Assembly (NCBI GenBank): GCA_030704615.1
Contig: CM060731.1
Coordinates: forward strand, 9,672,001 to 9,736,000
Origin: Takakia lepidozioides
Taxonomy: Eukaryota > Plantae > Bryophyta
Direction of reading: 5' to 3'
Length of the DNA: 64,000 nt
Shown: piece by piece, positions 24,501-37,634 of the stretch
How the letters are laid out: each line of letters starts with the position of its first letter
Numbering within the stretch: position 1 is the first letter of the stretch
Position numbers and translations under genes: made by a program
The notes under the pieces: generated by a model
Seen by the model: the letters and a program-made list of their open reading frames with translations, nothing else
Told to the model about the DNA's origin: nothing
The model's database searches: none

Positions 24501-24752
24501 GAAATGACTGTTTTTTTTTCCGCTGGCGATGGCCGGCTGTCGAAGGGCTGCCTTTTGCCCTTCGTTAGGGGCGACGCTTGGGCGTCGCACGGAAGCACTG
24601 CCTCCTGCCCTTCATCCGCCCGTGCGACGGCCGGGCGTCGCCGCCTGGCCTCGGCGCCAGGTGGCAACCCGCGGTGTCTGTTTGCGACGGCCGGGCGTCG
24701 CAAAAAGACGTTGTGGGGTTGGCGTCGCAAACCCCCTCCATTTGCTGTAGTG
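21510..24752 (+). mobile_element. 5'-truncated CACTA/EnSpm element with degenerate TnpD-type transposase
   Basis: IRHLLDPMHIEKNVC, GLKSHDYH, PPSFFDIQVHLVVHLVEE..GPVHSRWMYFLERYMK (DUF4218-like), LFKGRWF..DDCGFMRVN..QVFF (DUF4216-like); GC-rich subterminal TGCGACG/CGTCGCA repeats at 24290-24730; terminus ..TGTAGTG at 24752. Confidence 0.9.
23249..23829 (+). mobile_element. Solo LTR (family of the chromovirus at 1-2720) inserted in the CACTA transposase tail
   Basis: TGTCACGGACATAGCCCAGAGGAACTTA start nearly identical to the LTR start at 135 (minus strand); ends TTGACA; TSD GGAGG/GCAGG; TATA-like TATATATAGG; TTCCAG microrepeats. Confidence 0.88.
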
Positions 24753-24869
24753 GGGGGGGGAAGCAGTGCAGAAAGATAAATATCCAATGCAGTGAGGGAT
24801 CTGGTACAACAATTCAGCCAGAGCTTGGAGAGAGAGATCCAATCATCAAAAAGTCTGAATCTACATACT

Positions 24870-26400
24870 ACCCATTTTTCTCTTTGGGGCCTCAAAAGTA
24901 AGTTGTGCCTTAGTTTTCCCTTTCCTAGTACCACTACGTTTGTGCCTCCAATTTATTTCCACATCCTCGGCCTCCACGAGAGTATGCTTAGTGCTGGTTG
25001 AGTTGCCAACAGGCAGGGAGGGAGTCTTCCCACACAATCCAAGTGTGTCTGCAATTCTTCTGCAAAAAACGAAGTCTTTCCCCCAGGATTTGTTGAAGGC
25101 GGCAAAGAGGTGGGTTGCTGTGACATGCAACCAAAACAGACCATGCTTTGCGAGCCTCAGACCTAAGGTCTGAATGAGCCAGATATAGCACTTTCTGCAC
25201 ACAAGGCCTCTCTTTCCGATACACCACACAACATCTCATTTTCCATATTTGCCATAGAACAATCCCCCTGATGGACTCCTATACTGGGCAAGAGCAATGC
25301 AATCTCCCACTCTTGACATATTTCAGCAACAAGACAAATGGAGATGAGTCCGAATCAGATGACCAAAAAGAGTAAAATAGGAGGGCATTGTCCCAAACAG
25401 CCCGGGCAAAAGGACAAAGCACCAGGCTATGTTCCAAGTCTTCGGCTGCAGTAAGATTGCAAGAGACACATTTTGAGGGAGCATCTACGTAGTTTGAAGC
25501 CACCGGCAGGATCTTGTTTGCAACCTTCCACAATAAAACCATCACTTTGGAGGCTCTATGCTTTTTCCAAATATCATTCCACACCAGCTTCCAAGGAATA
25601 GCAGGGCCAGGTAGATGTTGTCACTTTTGAGTCCATTTACGATGAAAATCTCTCTTTGGCATCAACAACTTATACCCAAGCTTAACTGAATAATTGAAAA
25701 TTGGGTCGTGGCTCTTATTCATCCTTACCCGTTCATCTGGGTCAAATTGGAGTAGCTTAAGAGGAGCAGATAAAAACCAGCAGAAGCTATTCTTACACTG
25801 CTTCAATTCCAAGGGAGGCAAGGGATTGGGAAAGCACACAGAAAACTCTTATTTCAAAGTAGTTAGAGCATTCCGGAATACTCCCTTACATTGAAGAAAC
25901 AAGTCTGCCGTCTTTGCTTACAGCAAAACCAAAGCCGTGAATGGAAGAACTGTCCCTGACAACAGCATACAAAGCTCTGGGTTGCGAGTCAACAAAATAC
26001 CCGTAGCATCCAAGAACTTTGAACAGGAAAGGAGTCTTGTCCAGCTTTCAGGAAGGTCCCCCATGACCTCATTCCATCCGAGATTAACTCTTCTTACGGA
26101 AAGCTGCTGCGCAGCAGTGTCAGATAAGATAAGACACTTTGAGGGATCATCCCAAAAATGTAAGAGGTGAGCCAATCCTACAGCTTCCCATTCCGCCCAT
26201 CGTTTAGTACAAGGAATTAAAACTTATTTATCCCGGTTATAATTCCCAAAGAGGGGTCGCCTCAATACTTGGCTGAAGGTAGAAGGACTTAGCTGAACCA
26301 GGAAGGGCCTCAGCTTGCACCAAGCCCCCTAGATTGATTGCCAAGTTGGGATCCCATATGAAGGTTTTCATTAAGCTTCCTACATTGCATAATCCATCTC
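24870..26400 (-). mobile_element. LINE (L1-like) 3' fragment with zf-RVT region
   Basis: VWNDIWKKHRASKVMVLLWKVANKILPV..CVSC....EDLEHSLVLCPFARAVW and VVWCI.K.R, typical of the plant L1 ORF2 C-terminus; interrupted. Confidence 0.8.
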
Positions 26401-29400
26401 AGCGAATGAGCCTATCTGTCGCTGGTGCGAGGCGTTGCAGCCAGAAGATGTTGTCTTACCAAACGGCTCCATGGACTGGAGAGATGAATCAGAGTTCGCG
26501 GCACCCACTTAGCGAGCAATGAGAGATAGACGATCGGACAAGTTGAGGATCGAGAAAAGAGGGAACAGTTTATCAAAACGACTCGACAAATAAGGGAAAC
26601 AAGGAGCTACATTTGATTGAATTAAACATCAATAACATACAATTAATACATTGTCAAGATTGTATCAAAGGATCGCAGGAGTGACACTATTAGTTTCAAC
26701 ACAACAAGATTGAAGCAAACGACAATGACAACAAGATCGAAGCAAAAGAGAATGATATAGGTTTGGACATGTAGAGGTCAATTGACTCGGAACAAAAAGA
26801 GGTTTGACATGACCAATAGGGGAGCAGGAAAAGAGTAGAGCGAGGACTAGAGCTGCATTGTTGCGGCCCTTTGCTTTGAGGGCAAAGGGTCGAGACACAA
26901 GAGGGGATGCCCCTGTGGTGGGGGCAGTGGCAGCGAATAGATATGGGGGACTGAAGCATCCTTGAGTGCCTTCGACACTCAAGGAGGCGGAGGCACTCAC
27001 TAGGTGGAGTGGGGGCTCCACGTGGGGTGGTGGTAGCGCAGGGAGTCGTAGTGGGGGTGACATAGGACTGACCATGAGGCTGAGGCTTTGTGGTGGGAGT
27101 CGTGGGGAGTCTTGGGACTCACCACGGTCCATTGGGACCGTGGTGAGTGGGCCAAGACTCACCGCGGCTCACCACTGGGACGATCGAGGGTCTAAGTGGT
27201 GGTGCACCAGATTTGGACTGGGCTACTTGTGGAACCCCCGCGGACACCTACAGAAGTATATATAGGGAGTAGTATCCCCGAGAACGGTGCAAGCCCGTTG
27301 GTGACCAAAAGCTAGTGAGTAAGCGTGCGAGCCGGAAAGCGACCAAGGTGTATTGGGGGAGCTATTCCGGACTACCAACTACCAAAGGGAATTTCCACTA
27401 GGTCCCAAGTGGTGGAGGGTCTCGTGGAGGAGTGAGGGGGACCGTTATGCCCCGGTGAGTAGCCGAAGCTCCGAGTTGGCCCGGCGGCTGGTTTGGGAGT
27501 TAGGCGCGCGCATCAAAGCGAGTAACTATAACTTAAAGGGGGAGTTACCAAAGTGAGGTGCGCGACATGCATGGACCACACAAACGAATAGTCAAGAAAT
27601 ATAGACTGGACAAATGGAAGAACAAGTAAAAGAGGGGACCGAACAAACATTGGAATGAGAAGCATAGACTGGAAAACATGGGAGTAAATAAGACATGACC
27701 AACAAATAGGGGAGCGAAGAAGGAGCGGAGCAATAAATCATGGAGTGGATAATAGTATGAAGGAGTGAGGAAAAACTAGTGGATCAAAGGATGAAGGGAC
27801 TGAATCACAAACAAAAGAAATTTACAAAGAGCAAGGAAAGAAGACCGAACATATATGAGAGTGAGGATGGAATGGAAAAATAAAAAAAACCAAACAACTG
27901 AGAAAGCGAGCTAAAAGATCGAACAAATAGGAGAGCAAGGAATTAAGGGATATATTTTTACAGGATCAGACAAACATAGGATTGAAAAATAAAATTGCAA
28001 GCTCTTTGCAGATGTTCTGAAGGAAAACGGACCAAGTTACTTCAAGATTTTCGATTCCTCGTGGGGCTGGAGAGACATCATATGTACTAGAAGCGGAGAT
28101 AAATGCAATTCCGACCCTGCGATCCCCGACACATGAAGGCCCCTCTAGCCCCTGGCCTTTGCCCCTGGAGGTTGAAAGTGATATCAATTGGAAGCACAAA
28201 AAGAACATGAACTCTAAGATTAAAGCGCAAGTGAACTTTGAGGCCCTTAGATCTAAGCTTTAGGCTCCTGTCTCTTTCTACGTTTTCTTCGGGTTTCAAA
28301 TCGACTCTGCTACTTTGCTCTGCAGGTTTGCCTTTTGCCGGTTTGGCATAGATGGTAGAATTTCATTCTCAGATTTATGCCCTGGTGGTAGTTTTGGAGG
28401 TCTAAATTTAACCATGACTGGTTGTTCTGCCTCATGGTCCCCCACGAGGTTATTTTTCCTCGTTCTGTAATTTGATTAACAAGGCTTCGATCCCTTTTAT
28501 GAAAATAAAATAAAATAAAATAAATTGTTGGAAGTAATTAATCATATCTAAGGCCAAAGGTCTAGAAGACTAAGAGACTACCATGTTTAACTCACCATTG
28601 GAAGGTGAATGGTCACCATAGTAGGAAGTGGAAGTGACCAAGTAGATCATAGAAGAGCTTCTCGTGTATGCTCGGGCCAAATGCTTGAAAATGAAGACCA
28701 CCTTGCACACAACCCACATGAAGTTTGGATATTCCTTGGGTCAAACGGTTGCAATGAAGTGTAGAAAGCCATGTGCTAAGGAATTTTGAAGTTCAAGGAG
28801 AAAACATGATAATGATCAAGGATGCTGTTGAAGAACGGTTTGGATGTGTGGGTGGCCTTGACAATGTTAACCAGGCACCCACACCACCACTCCAAAGGAT
28901 CCACCTGGACAGCTTTGTCGTGTCACCCCTAATTAGTAACAGGAATGGGGTCCAGAGGTCTCTTCGGTCAGCAGCACATTGACTAAGAGGTCCATTCAAG
29001 GTCAGGCACACATTTAGGTGTTTGCACCTTAGATAATTCCATGATTCTAGTTTCAAGTTCCTTGTCAAGTTCCGCAAAAACAGCAATGAAGCAGCACAAC
29101 CAACGTACCTGCAGATCTGTGTATATTTTGTACTTCCTCTTAGAAAGGTGAGACTTTGTCATAAGGGACCTTCATTATATGCCCTGGGAACCCCATGTTC
29201 CTGTGAAAACTCCGGATGCCGGTTTTATGCTGTGTAATGCTATGCACATCCTCGTTTCAGGTAGCACTCGGAAGGACAGTCAGAAGGACAGTCAGAAAAT
29301 GTAGACAAAGACACATTTTCACTTTCCGAAACGCACACTAGGATGTTTAGTTGCAAGCTGCACTCTCTTCAATCAATTCTGGCCGTGCATCATCTTTTGC

Positions 29401-30049
29401 CCCGAGCATGGAGAAGGCAGGATGAGCTCGATTTCCTTACCATCCCTAAAACAAAACAGGGGAAAAGAAAGGGTAAGAGGTTTCTGCAGAAAGAGGGTCA
29501 GAACAAATTGCTGACATAATCCATCTCACAGAACAAAACCATAGAGAAGGACTCCCCAAAGAGGAAAGGCCATCTGGCAGAGAGTATCTCTTTAAGAGAA
29601 GCACTTCGACTGCACATTCTTCAAAAACTTCGTGGATGTTGTGGAGAGAAGAGAAAGACCAACTCCTGACATCCACATTCTCTAAAAAGCAAAGCGATAT
29701 GGTCGACAAAGAGAGAGTACACGACAACTGCAAACTTGAGATGAGACCTTTGATAGATTTCATTGCACAGTTTGTGCACATGTGTGGAATCACAGCTTTC
29801 CTACTCCCCAACCTAGTTATCTCTTTCCCCAGAAAAAAATTGCTATCGGTATCCGGTATCTAATGAACCCTGAAGTTGAGTGTATGGGAAAATTGTCAAG
29901 AAGGGACATAGATACTAAGTTCTCCCCGCCAGATCGGCGCCTGTATGAGGGAGTTTCACAGAAAAATGCATCTGTCGTGTTGGGGTAACAATATTGTGCC
30001 TGATTAGGGCCTAGTCTACACAGCAGGGGTCGCCCTGTTTCTGAGTTGC

Positions 30050-30796
30050 TCATTGCCTGATCACGAACAATGGTGCGTTGACAGAGACGGGCATGCCATC
30101 CATCGCCAGTATGTCTACGACGGTGCCATCGGCATCAGCTTCAATCTCCGTCATCAGCTTCAATGTTTCAACCACGCACAGTACTTGCCCCTTTCGCACT
30201 CGGTCTCCAACTCTAACATAGGGTGCTTCGAGAGGTGCGGGCGACCGGAAAAAGTTACCTTCCAAAGGACACAAAACCAAGGGGAAATCCACAGCTGGTC
30301 TGCCAGATACGGTCTCAAGCATGCTGCCCTGTGTTTGATCAGCTTCGCAACTTCTTTGCCACTCCAAGTCCTCGTTATCTGAATGCACAGAATCGACAAG
30401 GTTCGCAAACTCTGACAGCAAGCTCACCAGCTCACCCTGCCTACTGTTTGTGGCAGCGCCGTTCACTTCAGACAAGTCCGACAATTTTCTGTTCAGATCA
30501 TCAAATGGCAGAGGCAAGGTGTTTCCACATGCACAAGCCCAAACAGCCAACTTTGACACCTGCCTCTCTGCTGAAACTGAGAGAGAAAGGGAGCCATTCT
30601 TGCCACTCTTTACTGGCACCACGAACTGAGAACCGCTAGGGCAGTGACCAGCCTTGAATCCATTCTTCAACAGGTGGATCGCACACCCACAGTTTTTATG
30701 GTACGGGTGCTTGGAGGTGGACGACGAAGCGCAAGCTCCAGTCATCAGTCTGGAGGACACGAACGGACTAACTGCCATGTAGCTGCTAGCTTCCAT
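30050..30796 (-). CDS. Chimeric PYHKNCGC-module/BCCP-like protein (copy 2, ETLKL)
   Basis: Intact 248-aa ORF with 9 amino-acid differences from copy 1. Confidence 0.85.
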   Translation of the reverse strand: MEASSYMAVSPFVSSRLMTGACASSSTSKHPYHKNCGCAIHLLKNGFKAGHCPSGSQFVVPVKSGKNGSLSLSVSAERQVSKLAVWACACGNTLPLPFDDLNRKLSDLSEVNGAATNSRQGELVSLLSEFANLVDSVHSDNEDLEWQRSCEADQTQGSMLETVSGRPAVDFPLVLCPLEGNFFRSPAPLEAPYVRVGDRVRKGQVLCVVETLKLMTEIEADADGTVVDILAMDGMPVSVNAPLFVIRQ

Positions 30797-31319
30797 GGCT
30801 TCTCTCTAACCCTGATCAATCCCACACTCCTCCAAGCGCTCAAACTGCACAACCTCACTTCAGCGAACTTCTCTCGACTCTCTTGGCTTTCCCGGTGCTC
30901 TAAGTAAGCTCCGGTATCTTGTGGGTTCTCTTGCTGTATCTTGCCCTCCGAGATCATTTTCTGTGTTTGCGACATGAGAGTGTGGGCTGTGAGCTGCAGA
31001 GGAGTTGAAGATCTAAGGGGGGAGGGGGCATTAAAAGCAAGGCGAGGGAGGAGCAGGGCCAACGGGGCACATAGAGAGGCCCGCCTGGAGCATTAAAAGC
31101 AGGCGAGGTAACAGGCAGATTCCGAGAGTAAGTTAACGAGAGAGTTATAGTCATTTTGACGGTAGCCTACGCCATATTACCGTGCTTCAACTCAGACAAG
31201 GAACTCTTTGTCTTCAGCCTCGGTTGCATTCATCCGTGCCCTAGCAATCTTGACAATTTGTGGTTAGCAATATATTTGTCTTGTTAGTTCAAACTAAGCG
31301 AGGGAACTATGAATACACC

Positions 31320-31930
31320 TCTACGGACACCTCTACGGACGTCGCAAGACCCCTTCCCTCCGGCCTCAAAGTGTGTCCTCTTTTAGGACTTGTCAATCTC
31401 CTCTCTTGTACAAAGACTTAAACTTAGAGTTTGATGTGCTCCATCTTTCTTTCTCTCTCTCTGCTAAGTTCCTCGCCAAAGGTCAGGTGGTCTTATTGAG
31501 TGACTTCAATGCCTGGGTGGGCAAAGGTCTCACCATCGGACCTTTTGATGAGGATGAGCTGAATTCTATGGTAGACAATTAATAAACTGTCTTGAAGATC
31601 TTCAGCTTTTGACCTTGAATATTCACCTCTATAGACGTCGCAAGACCCCTTCCCTCCAGCCTCATACTGTCTCCTCTTTTAGGACTTGTCAATCTCCTCT
31701 CTTGTACAAAGACTTAAACTTAGAGTTTGTTGTGCTCCATTTTTCTTTCTCTCTCTCTGCTAAGTTCCTCGCCAAAGGTCAGGTGGTCTTATTGAGTGAC
31801 TTCAATGCCTGGGTGGGGCAAAGGTCTCCATTAGGATGATACCATCGGGCTTTGTGATGAGGACGAGCTGAATTCTATGGTAGACGGTTAATAAACTGTC
31901 TGGAAGAACTTCAGCTTTTGACCTTGAATA
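31320..31930. repeat. ~305-bp tandem duplication specific to unit B
   Basis: CACCTCTA..GACGTCGCAAGACCCCTTCCCTCC...CTTCAGCTTTTGACCTTGAATA occurs twice here and once in unit A. Confidence 0.9.
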
Positions 31931-32264
31931 AGGTCAAAAGGAGACGAGGTGCACTTGACTCGTGAGAAGCCGGAACACAAAAAGACTGAAACTCTCTAGT
32001 TCAAGTGAGGATTTTTGTCTCAATCGATATACTTCCAGATCTTCTTTTCCGTTTGGAGTTCCATGCTGCGACATCTCGTGGTGATAATGCATGGCCTTGC
32101 GACTATTCTTGTTGCTTGAGTGCATCGACCACCCGTGCTCCAATGCAGACATCTTCGTCATTTTTGGGGTTGATTTTATATGGATCACAGTGATATTGTA
32201 CAGTAGAGATTATAGCAAGGAAGCTAACGAATAATTTAAATGTCTTGTTAGTAGTAGAGACAGC

Positions 32265-33793
32265 TGTTAGAGAGTTTGTTCACTTCAATGTAACTGATGC
32301 TCCTGAATAACAAGTTGGATATTATTAGATACTTTTGCTATTCATGTCATGACAGACAGAGAAAAGGCAGAGGAGTGCAGATAGGAATAGCACTAGGACT
32401 TCAAATAGAAATATCTAAAGTTGAGGTTTGTGTATTTAAGTAGGCACTTCAGGCCATTGAATCAATCTCTTTCAATCTCTCTTTGGAATAAAGTGTATCT
32501 CTCGAGTATGATGCAGAAACATATATTTGTCTCTGTTTCTATATAGTTAGCATGATTGTATGCTAAAGTACTCATCGTCTTTCCTCCTGTGAAACTTCTG
32601 TATTTAAGTCACCATGACTTCTAGTGCAACCACCAGCTCTAAGAAGAATTCAGGTCAACAGGTTATGGGCCCACTAGGTTCAGATGAGTTAGTGTCAAAG
32701 CTCCTACAGACGTCACCACCAAATTGAACTTTCATCTATGGAAGTTCAAGATGTCCAAGGTGTTGAAAGAGAGGAACCTTTGGAACATAGTGAAGGGCAC
32801 TGAGCATAGACCTTCAGAAAGTGATACTTCAAATAGGTTGCAGTATGATGAGAGGGATCAGAGAGCACATGCTCTAGATTCTAAGTTTACAGGAATCTGA
32901 ATTGATGCATGTGCGTACAGCTATAATTGCTAAAGAGACATGGGATAAGTTGGAGGCTCAATATGAGCAGAACGCATTAGCAAACAAACCATACCTTCTA
33001 AGACAGCTGATGAACATACAGATGCAGCCAGGAGACACCATGACAAGTCACATCAATAAGCTTAGAGAATTGTCACTACAGCTAGATGCCGTGGGAGAGT
33101 CAGTGAGTGATGGCATGTTAGTAATGATTTTGTTATTAAGCTTGCTAGAGGAGTGCGAGAGAACTATCACAACCTCATTACTGCTCTAGAAACTAGGACA
33201 AATGCTCTGAAGTTGGAACTTGTAAGTGGGAGGTTGCTACATGAGGAGTTGGAGATGGAGATGAAGACAGAATGGACATCTTCAAGTGATGAAAAAGCTT
33301 TTCATATGTACAGAATCTGAAGGGGAAACCCAAACAAGAGTCATATGGACAGAAAAAGCAACAACCGTAGAAAAAGTTTAAGTGGAGAGGCAATTGTAAC
33401 AATTGCCATGAGCCCCGCCACTAGGCACGAGACCCGCATCCAAAGAGGTTCACAGAAGAAGGGGCAAGCACATACAGTTGAGAATGCCTTTGTTACAGGT
33501 CCAGAAGCTTCGAAATCAGGGAGTTGGTATGTTGCCTCTGGTGCCTCACAACATATGTCTTTTCAGAGAGAATCATTCTCAGATTTGATACTTTTGCTAT
33601 TCATGTCATGACATACAGAAAAAAAGGCAGAGGAGTGCAGATAGGAATAGCACTAAGACTTCAAATAGAAATATCTAAAGTTGAGGTTTGTATATTTAAA
33701 TAGGCAGTTGAGGCCGTTGAATCAATCTCTTTCAATCTCTATCTGGAATAAAGTGTCTCTCTTTGTCTCTGTTTCTATATAGTTAGCATGATT
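32265..33793 (+). mobile_element. Internally deleted Ty1/copia element (5' LTR 32265-32660, PBS, gag-protease remnant, partial 3' LTR 33585-33793)
   Basis: TGTT..AACA LTR; PBS GGTTATGGGCCCA; gag NFHLWKFKM...L.ERNLWNIV.G and TA..AKETWDKLEAQYE..YLLRQLMNIQM..M.SHINKLREL..QLDAVG; protease SWYVASGASQHMS; 33585-33793 repeats 32327-32558. Confidence 0.9.
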
Positions 33794-34004
33794 GGAGGTT
33801 GAGTTTTCCATGAGCAGTGAGCAGGTTTTGCCGAACAGTGCCAAACTTAAGGGAATATTCATGGAATATATCAGTGCCGAGCCTATGTGGAGGAATATTC
33901 TTCCGAACCTGTGCCGAGCCTATGCCGAACCAGTTTGGACCACTTTCGAACCTATGGCACTGTTCGGCACCGAACAGTGCCGGCACCTACGTTTTCTAAA
34001 AAAC

Positions 34005-34041
<37 letters not shown>

Positions 34042-36730
34042 GTTTGTTCCCTTAAATATTTTTTTAGTGTGTGAAATGGTGTTCGGTGCCGAACCTTCAA
34101 CATTTGAGGGGTTATATGCAATATAAATTTAGTAAAAATCTCATTTGGAATCCAAAATGGGAATATTCTATAAACCGAACCTATTCCGTACAAGATTTTA
34201 TAGGTGGCTGGGAAGCGAAGGATTAAATAGGGGTGACGGGCGATCATGGGGCTTAGTCCAAACATTGTAACAAGTGTTAGGCCAATGGATGCTAGTTGTG
34301 AAGACATTGAGGTGTGCAATATCCCTCAACATGATGATGAATTCAATGTTTTCTGAGTTTATGTGATGTGATTAAACATCATCTGCCACTTCGAAAGAAG
34401 ACCGAACATATATGAGAGTAAGGATGGAATGGATGGAGAAAAGAAAGGACCAAACAACTAAGAGAGCGATGATATCAAGGGAGCACAAAAGTATTGGTTC
34501 CAACATGACAGAGAAGCGGAACAGAGACGGATAGGGGTCAATCGACGAGGAGCGTAGGGATCGATTGAGATAGAGGATCGAACAAATTGAGGATCAAGAA
34601 AAGAGGGGACAGTTCTTGTTGGTCACGTTTGGTTGTTGTGATCTAATCCCCGCATTGATCATGATCTCTACACATGTACTTTTGGTGTTCATTGTACATT
34701 GATCACCCAATATGGTAATGATTGCCTGCAGACATGAGCAAAAAACCAATTGTGTTAGTTAGAATACATTGCTTGGATGCCCTCATCCTCCCTTGGATGT
34801 ATTCTCTCCCAAGGTTATTTTGCTTGGCCTCTTAATCGATTTCTGCCCCACCAAGATTTCATTTTAACCCTTAAGTGCCTAGGTTCAAAAAAATATCACA
34901 CTCTACCTTCACTACCCCAACCCACTACGTGAAATTTCTACCTATCAACATTCATCCATGTGGATATACCTTACCTTGTGATGTAGATCTGCCACCTGCA
35001 CCCCCACACAAAACATGGGAGGAATCCATTGTAAATTTTACAAGATTATAATGATTTTAGTGGGACGAATTCATTTTCACCTCGAACTAAAATCACAATT
35101 TTCCGCTTTGATCATGCAATGGAACAAGCAATTTCATTTTGCTTTGTAGTGTGAAACTTCACTATTCCTACTCTATCATGGTAGGTGATCCATGAACCCA
35201 CCAAATTTCAGCAAAAACTAAGCTATATGCAACACACCTCCAAAGCCAGATGCTTGAAAATGGAGACCACCTTGCACACAAAACACATAAACTTTGTGAA
35301 TTTTGGATATTCCTTTTGACAAAGCCACGTGGCAAGGAAATTTGAAGTTCAAATGTCCTACCTCCTCAGGCCAAGCTTTGCTTTCATAGATAGAATGTCT
35401 TCAGTGCTATGCTAAGGCCCGTTGATACCTTCCACTTGGCCCCTCTTGGGCTGTCCTTTCTCTTTCGCCATCTCCAGTTGCCTGCCCTCTCACCTTCTCT
35501 CATCTGCTCTCCTTCTAGTCTTGGAAGCATAAGCATCTTCATTCTGGTTCTCAACCAGGTTAATTTTCATGATATGCCAGTTCAATGGTAGGAATGCTCT
35601 TGTTGTGTGAGAGAGGTTATTTTCAGGGGTCTGTAATGTACCTAGTATTGCGTTCATTGATCGAGAGTTATCCAGCACGACCAACCGTGAGATCAGCCTT
35701 ATGGCAGACTACGGGCACTTAAAGGGTTTAATTTTTCCCTTCAATAATCTTATCAATAAAAGTTCTATCAGGGCCTCTGTCCCCTGTTCGGGTAAAAATA
35801 AAAATAAAATAAAAAATAAAGTCTACAATCTACGATCGATGATGTTGTTGAAGAACGGTTTGGTTGTGTGGGTGGACCTTGACAATGTTAACCAGGCACC
35901 CACACCATCACTCCCCAGGATCCACCTGGACAGCTTTGTTGTGTCACCCCTAATTAGTAATAGGAATGGGATCCAGGGGTCTCTTGGGTGAGCAACACAT
36001 TGATTAAGGGGTCCATTCAAGGTCACGCACACATTTAGGTGTTTGCACCTTAGATTATTTCATGATTCTAGTTTTAAGTTCCTTGTCAAGTTCCGCAAAA
36101 ACAGCAATGAAGCAGCACAACCAACGTACCCGCAGATCTGTGTATATTTTGTACTTACCTCTTAGGCCCCGGCCGCACCTGCCGGTTAGCTAACCGACGG
36201 CTAACCGGCCAGTTAAGTGACCGGCCCGATAGTTAATTAAGGACCCAACCGCACCTGCCATCTAGTTAACTGGGCACGTCGCGGTTAACAAACCGTGCTA
36301 CTGCCCGGTTTTCTTTCTTGCCCGCGCGAACCACTTTCTCTCTCCCCGTGTTTAGCCTCCAGGGTCGTCCCTGAAATCCTGTTTCTTCACTGGTACTTCT
36401 CTACTTGGCCACTAGCATGGACGCTTCTCACTGCGCCGCACAACTGCATTCCAAAATGGTGTCTTTTTTTTTCCCACAGAGTTACGAAGCTTCCCCGCTC
36501 AGGAAAAAGGTTGTTTTCTCTTGGATCAAAGGCTGATACATGTGTTGTATGCTTCAGTTTCAAGTCTGTGGCACAAATAGACACCGAATGCCGTGAACAT
36601 ATGTAGGTCTTTAGCTGAGGGTTGGTTGTGTGGTACATGCATATGTGCAGTAGCTTGAATTAAGTTGCATCAAGTTGAATAAACTTGAGCAAGAAGTAGC
36701 TTAAGTTTAGGGGGTTGGATGTCATGGCAG

Positions 36731-37039
36731 TGGGCCCAGTCAGGTAAAGGACGTGCACATCAAGAGGAGGTTGTGCGGACTCTCACTAATACGCTGGAAA
36801 CTGGAAATGTGCGTTTCTCTTTTACATTAATGAAGCTGTTGTGATAATCACAATGTTAATGCTCCTGCTTGAAGCTAATTTTATGGTCTGGCTTGTGGAA
36901 GTTGAGGGGGCTTGACAAGGAGGGAGAATACTGAGTTGGGTAATGGGGAAAGGCATGCAGTTACCACATCTACTGTTTTATGGGATCCTGGTACTGGCAA
37001 AACATCCACTACACCAGCAATTGTTCATCAACTTTTTAG
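36731..37039 (+). pseudogene. Captured fragment of a replication factor C small subunit (two exons plus intron)
   Basis: Exon 36731-36808 (PSQVKDV/HQEEVVRTLTNTLETGN), GT..AG intron 36809-36960, exon 36961-37039 (LPHLLFYG/PGTGKTSTTPAIVHQLF), then GTGAG. One frameshift in each exon. Matches RFC boxes II-III and Walker A. Confidence 0.85.
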
Positions 37040-37580
37040 GTGAGATGCCTCTCTTGCCCTCTGATTGTAGTAAGCGTAAGAGGTGATTAATCAGACAAAT
37101 GATTTATTGTTCGCTGAATTACTTGTTTGAATCTGAATTACTGTTCCAGCCCGCAAACAGATCCTCAGTTTTCCAGCATCATGAAAAATGTTCAAAAATT
37201 GTGGGGTTTGATATCCATGAAGCAAGGTTTTCAACACACAGCACTCATGTGCGCTCATTGTGTATAGTTACGAAGCCAAATCACCACCTGTGATGCGCAC
37301 AAGAACTCACAACCACTAACGTAACCGCAGTACACCATGTGGCATATTACTTTGAGCATAAGACGCAGAATTCTCTACCCACCCAACGTCTTAAAACATG
37401 CAGCCAGTTCATCTATTATAGCATGTTCTCTGCAGCACAAAGCAATGGCTGCGAGGACCGCAGTCAGCAAACATCGAACACACCGTGCAGAATCGGCAGT
37501 GTAGATATAACACATAAACCAATGTTGTATGATGGTAGCAGTATGACGCAGCTTGGTACTAGTGGTAATTTCATAGTGCC

Positions 37581-37634
37581 TCAATGTGGGGGGCCTTGAT
37601 TGGTGCTTGTAGAATCCATGGCAATGTGGAGCTA
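37581..37634 (+). pseudogene. PLS-class PPR E-domain fragment
   Basis: SMWGALIGACRIHGNVEL versus the consensus VWGALLGACRIHGNVEL. Confidence 0.75.

Larger units (their letters stand above)
28810..32264. repeat. Segmental duplication unit B (fusion gene copy 2)
   Basis: Colinear with units A and C; 28810-29140 matches 35835-36164; ends at the Copia LTR insertion. Confidence 0.9.

Noticed and set aside
24332-24934. 200-aa Arg/Pro-rich ORF
   Set aside because: GC-rich CACTA subterminal repeats.
33815-34210. CCGAAC-repeat MITE-like segment
   Set aside because: Could not identify paired termini or a TSD.
36387-36425. Minus-strand VHASGQVEKY resembling RFC exon 1
   Set aside because: Opposite strand to the RFC exons, lacks the Trp of WVEKY, and is short enough to be chance.
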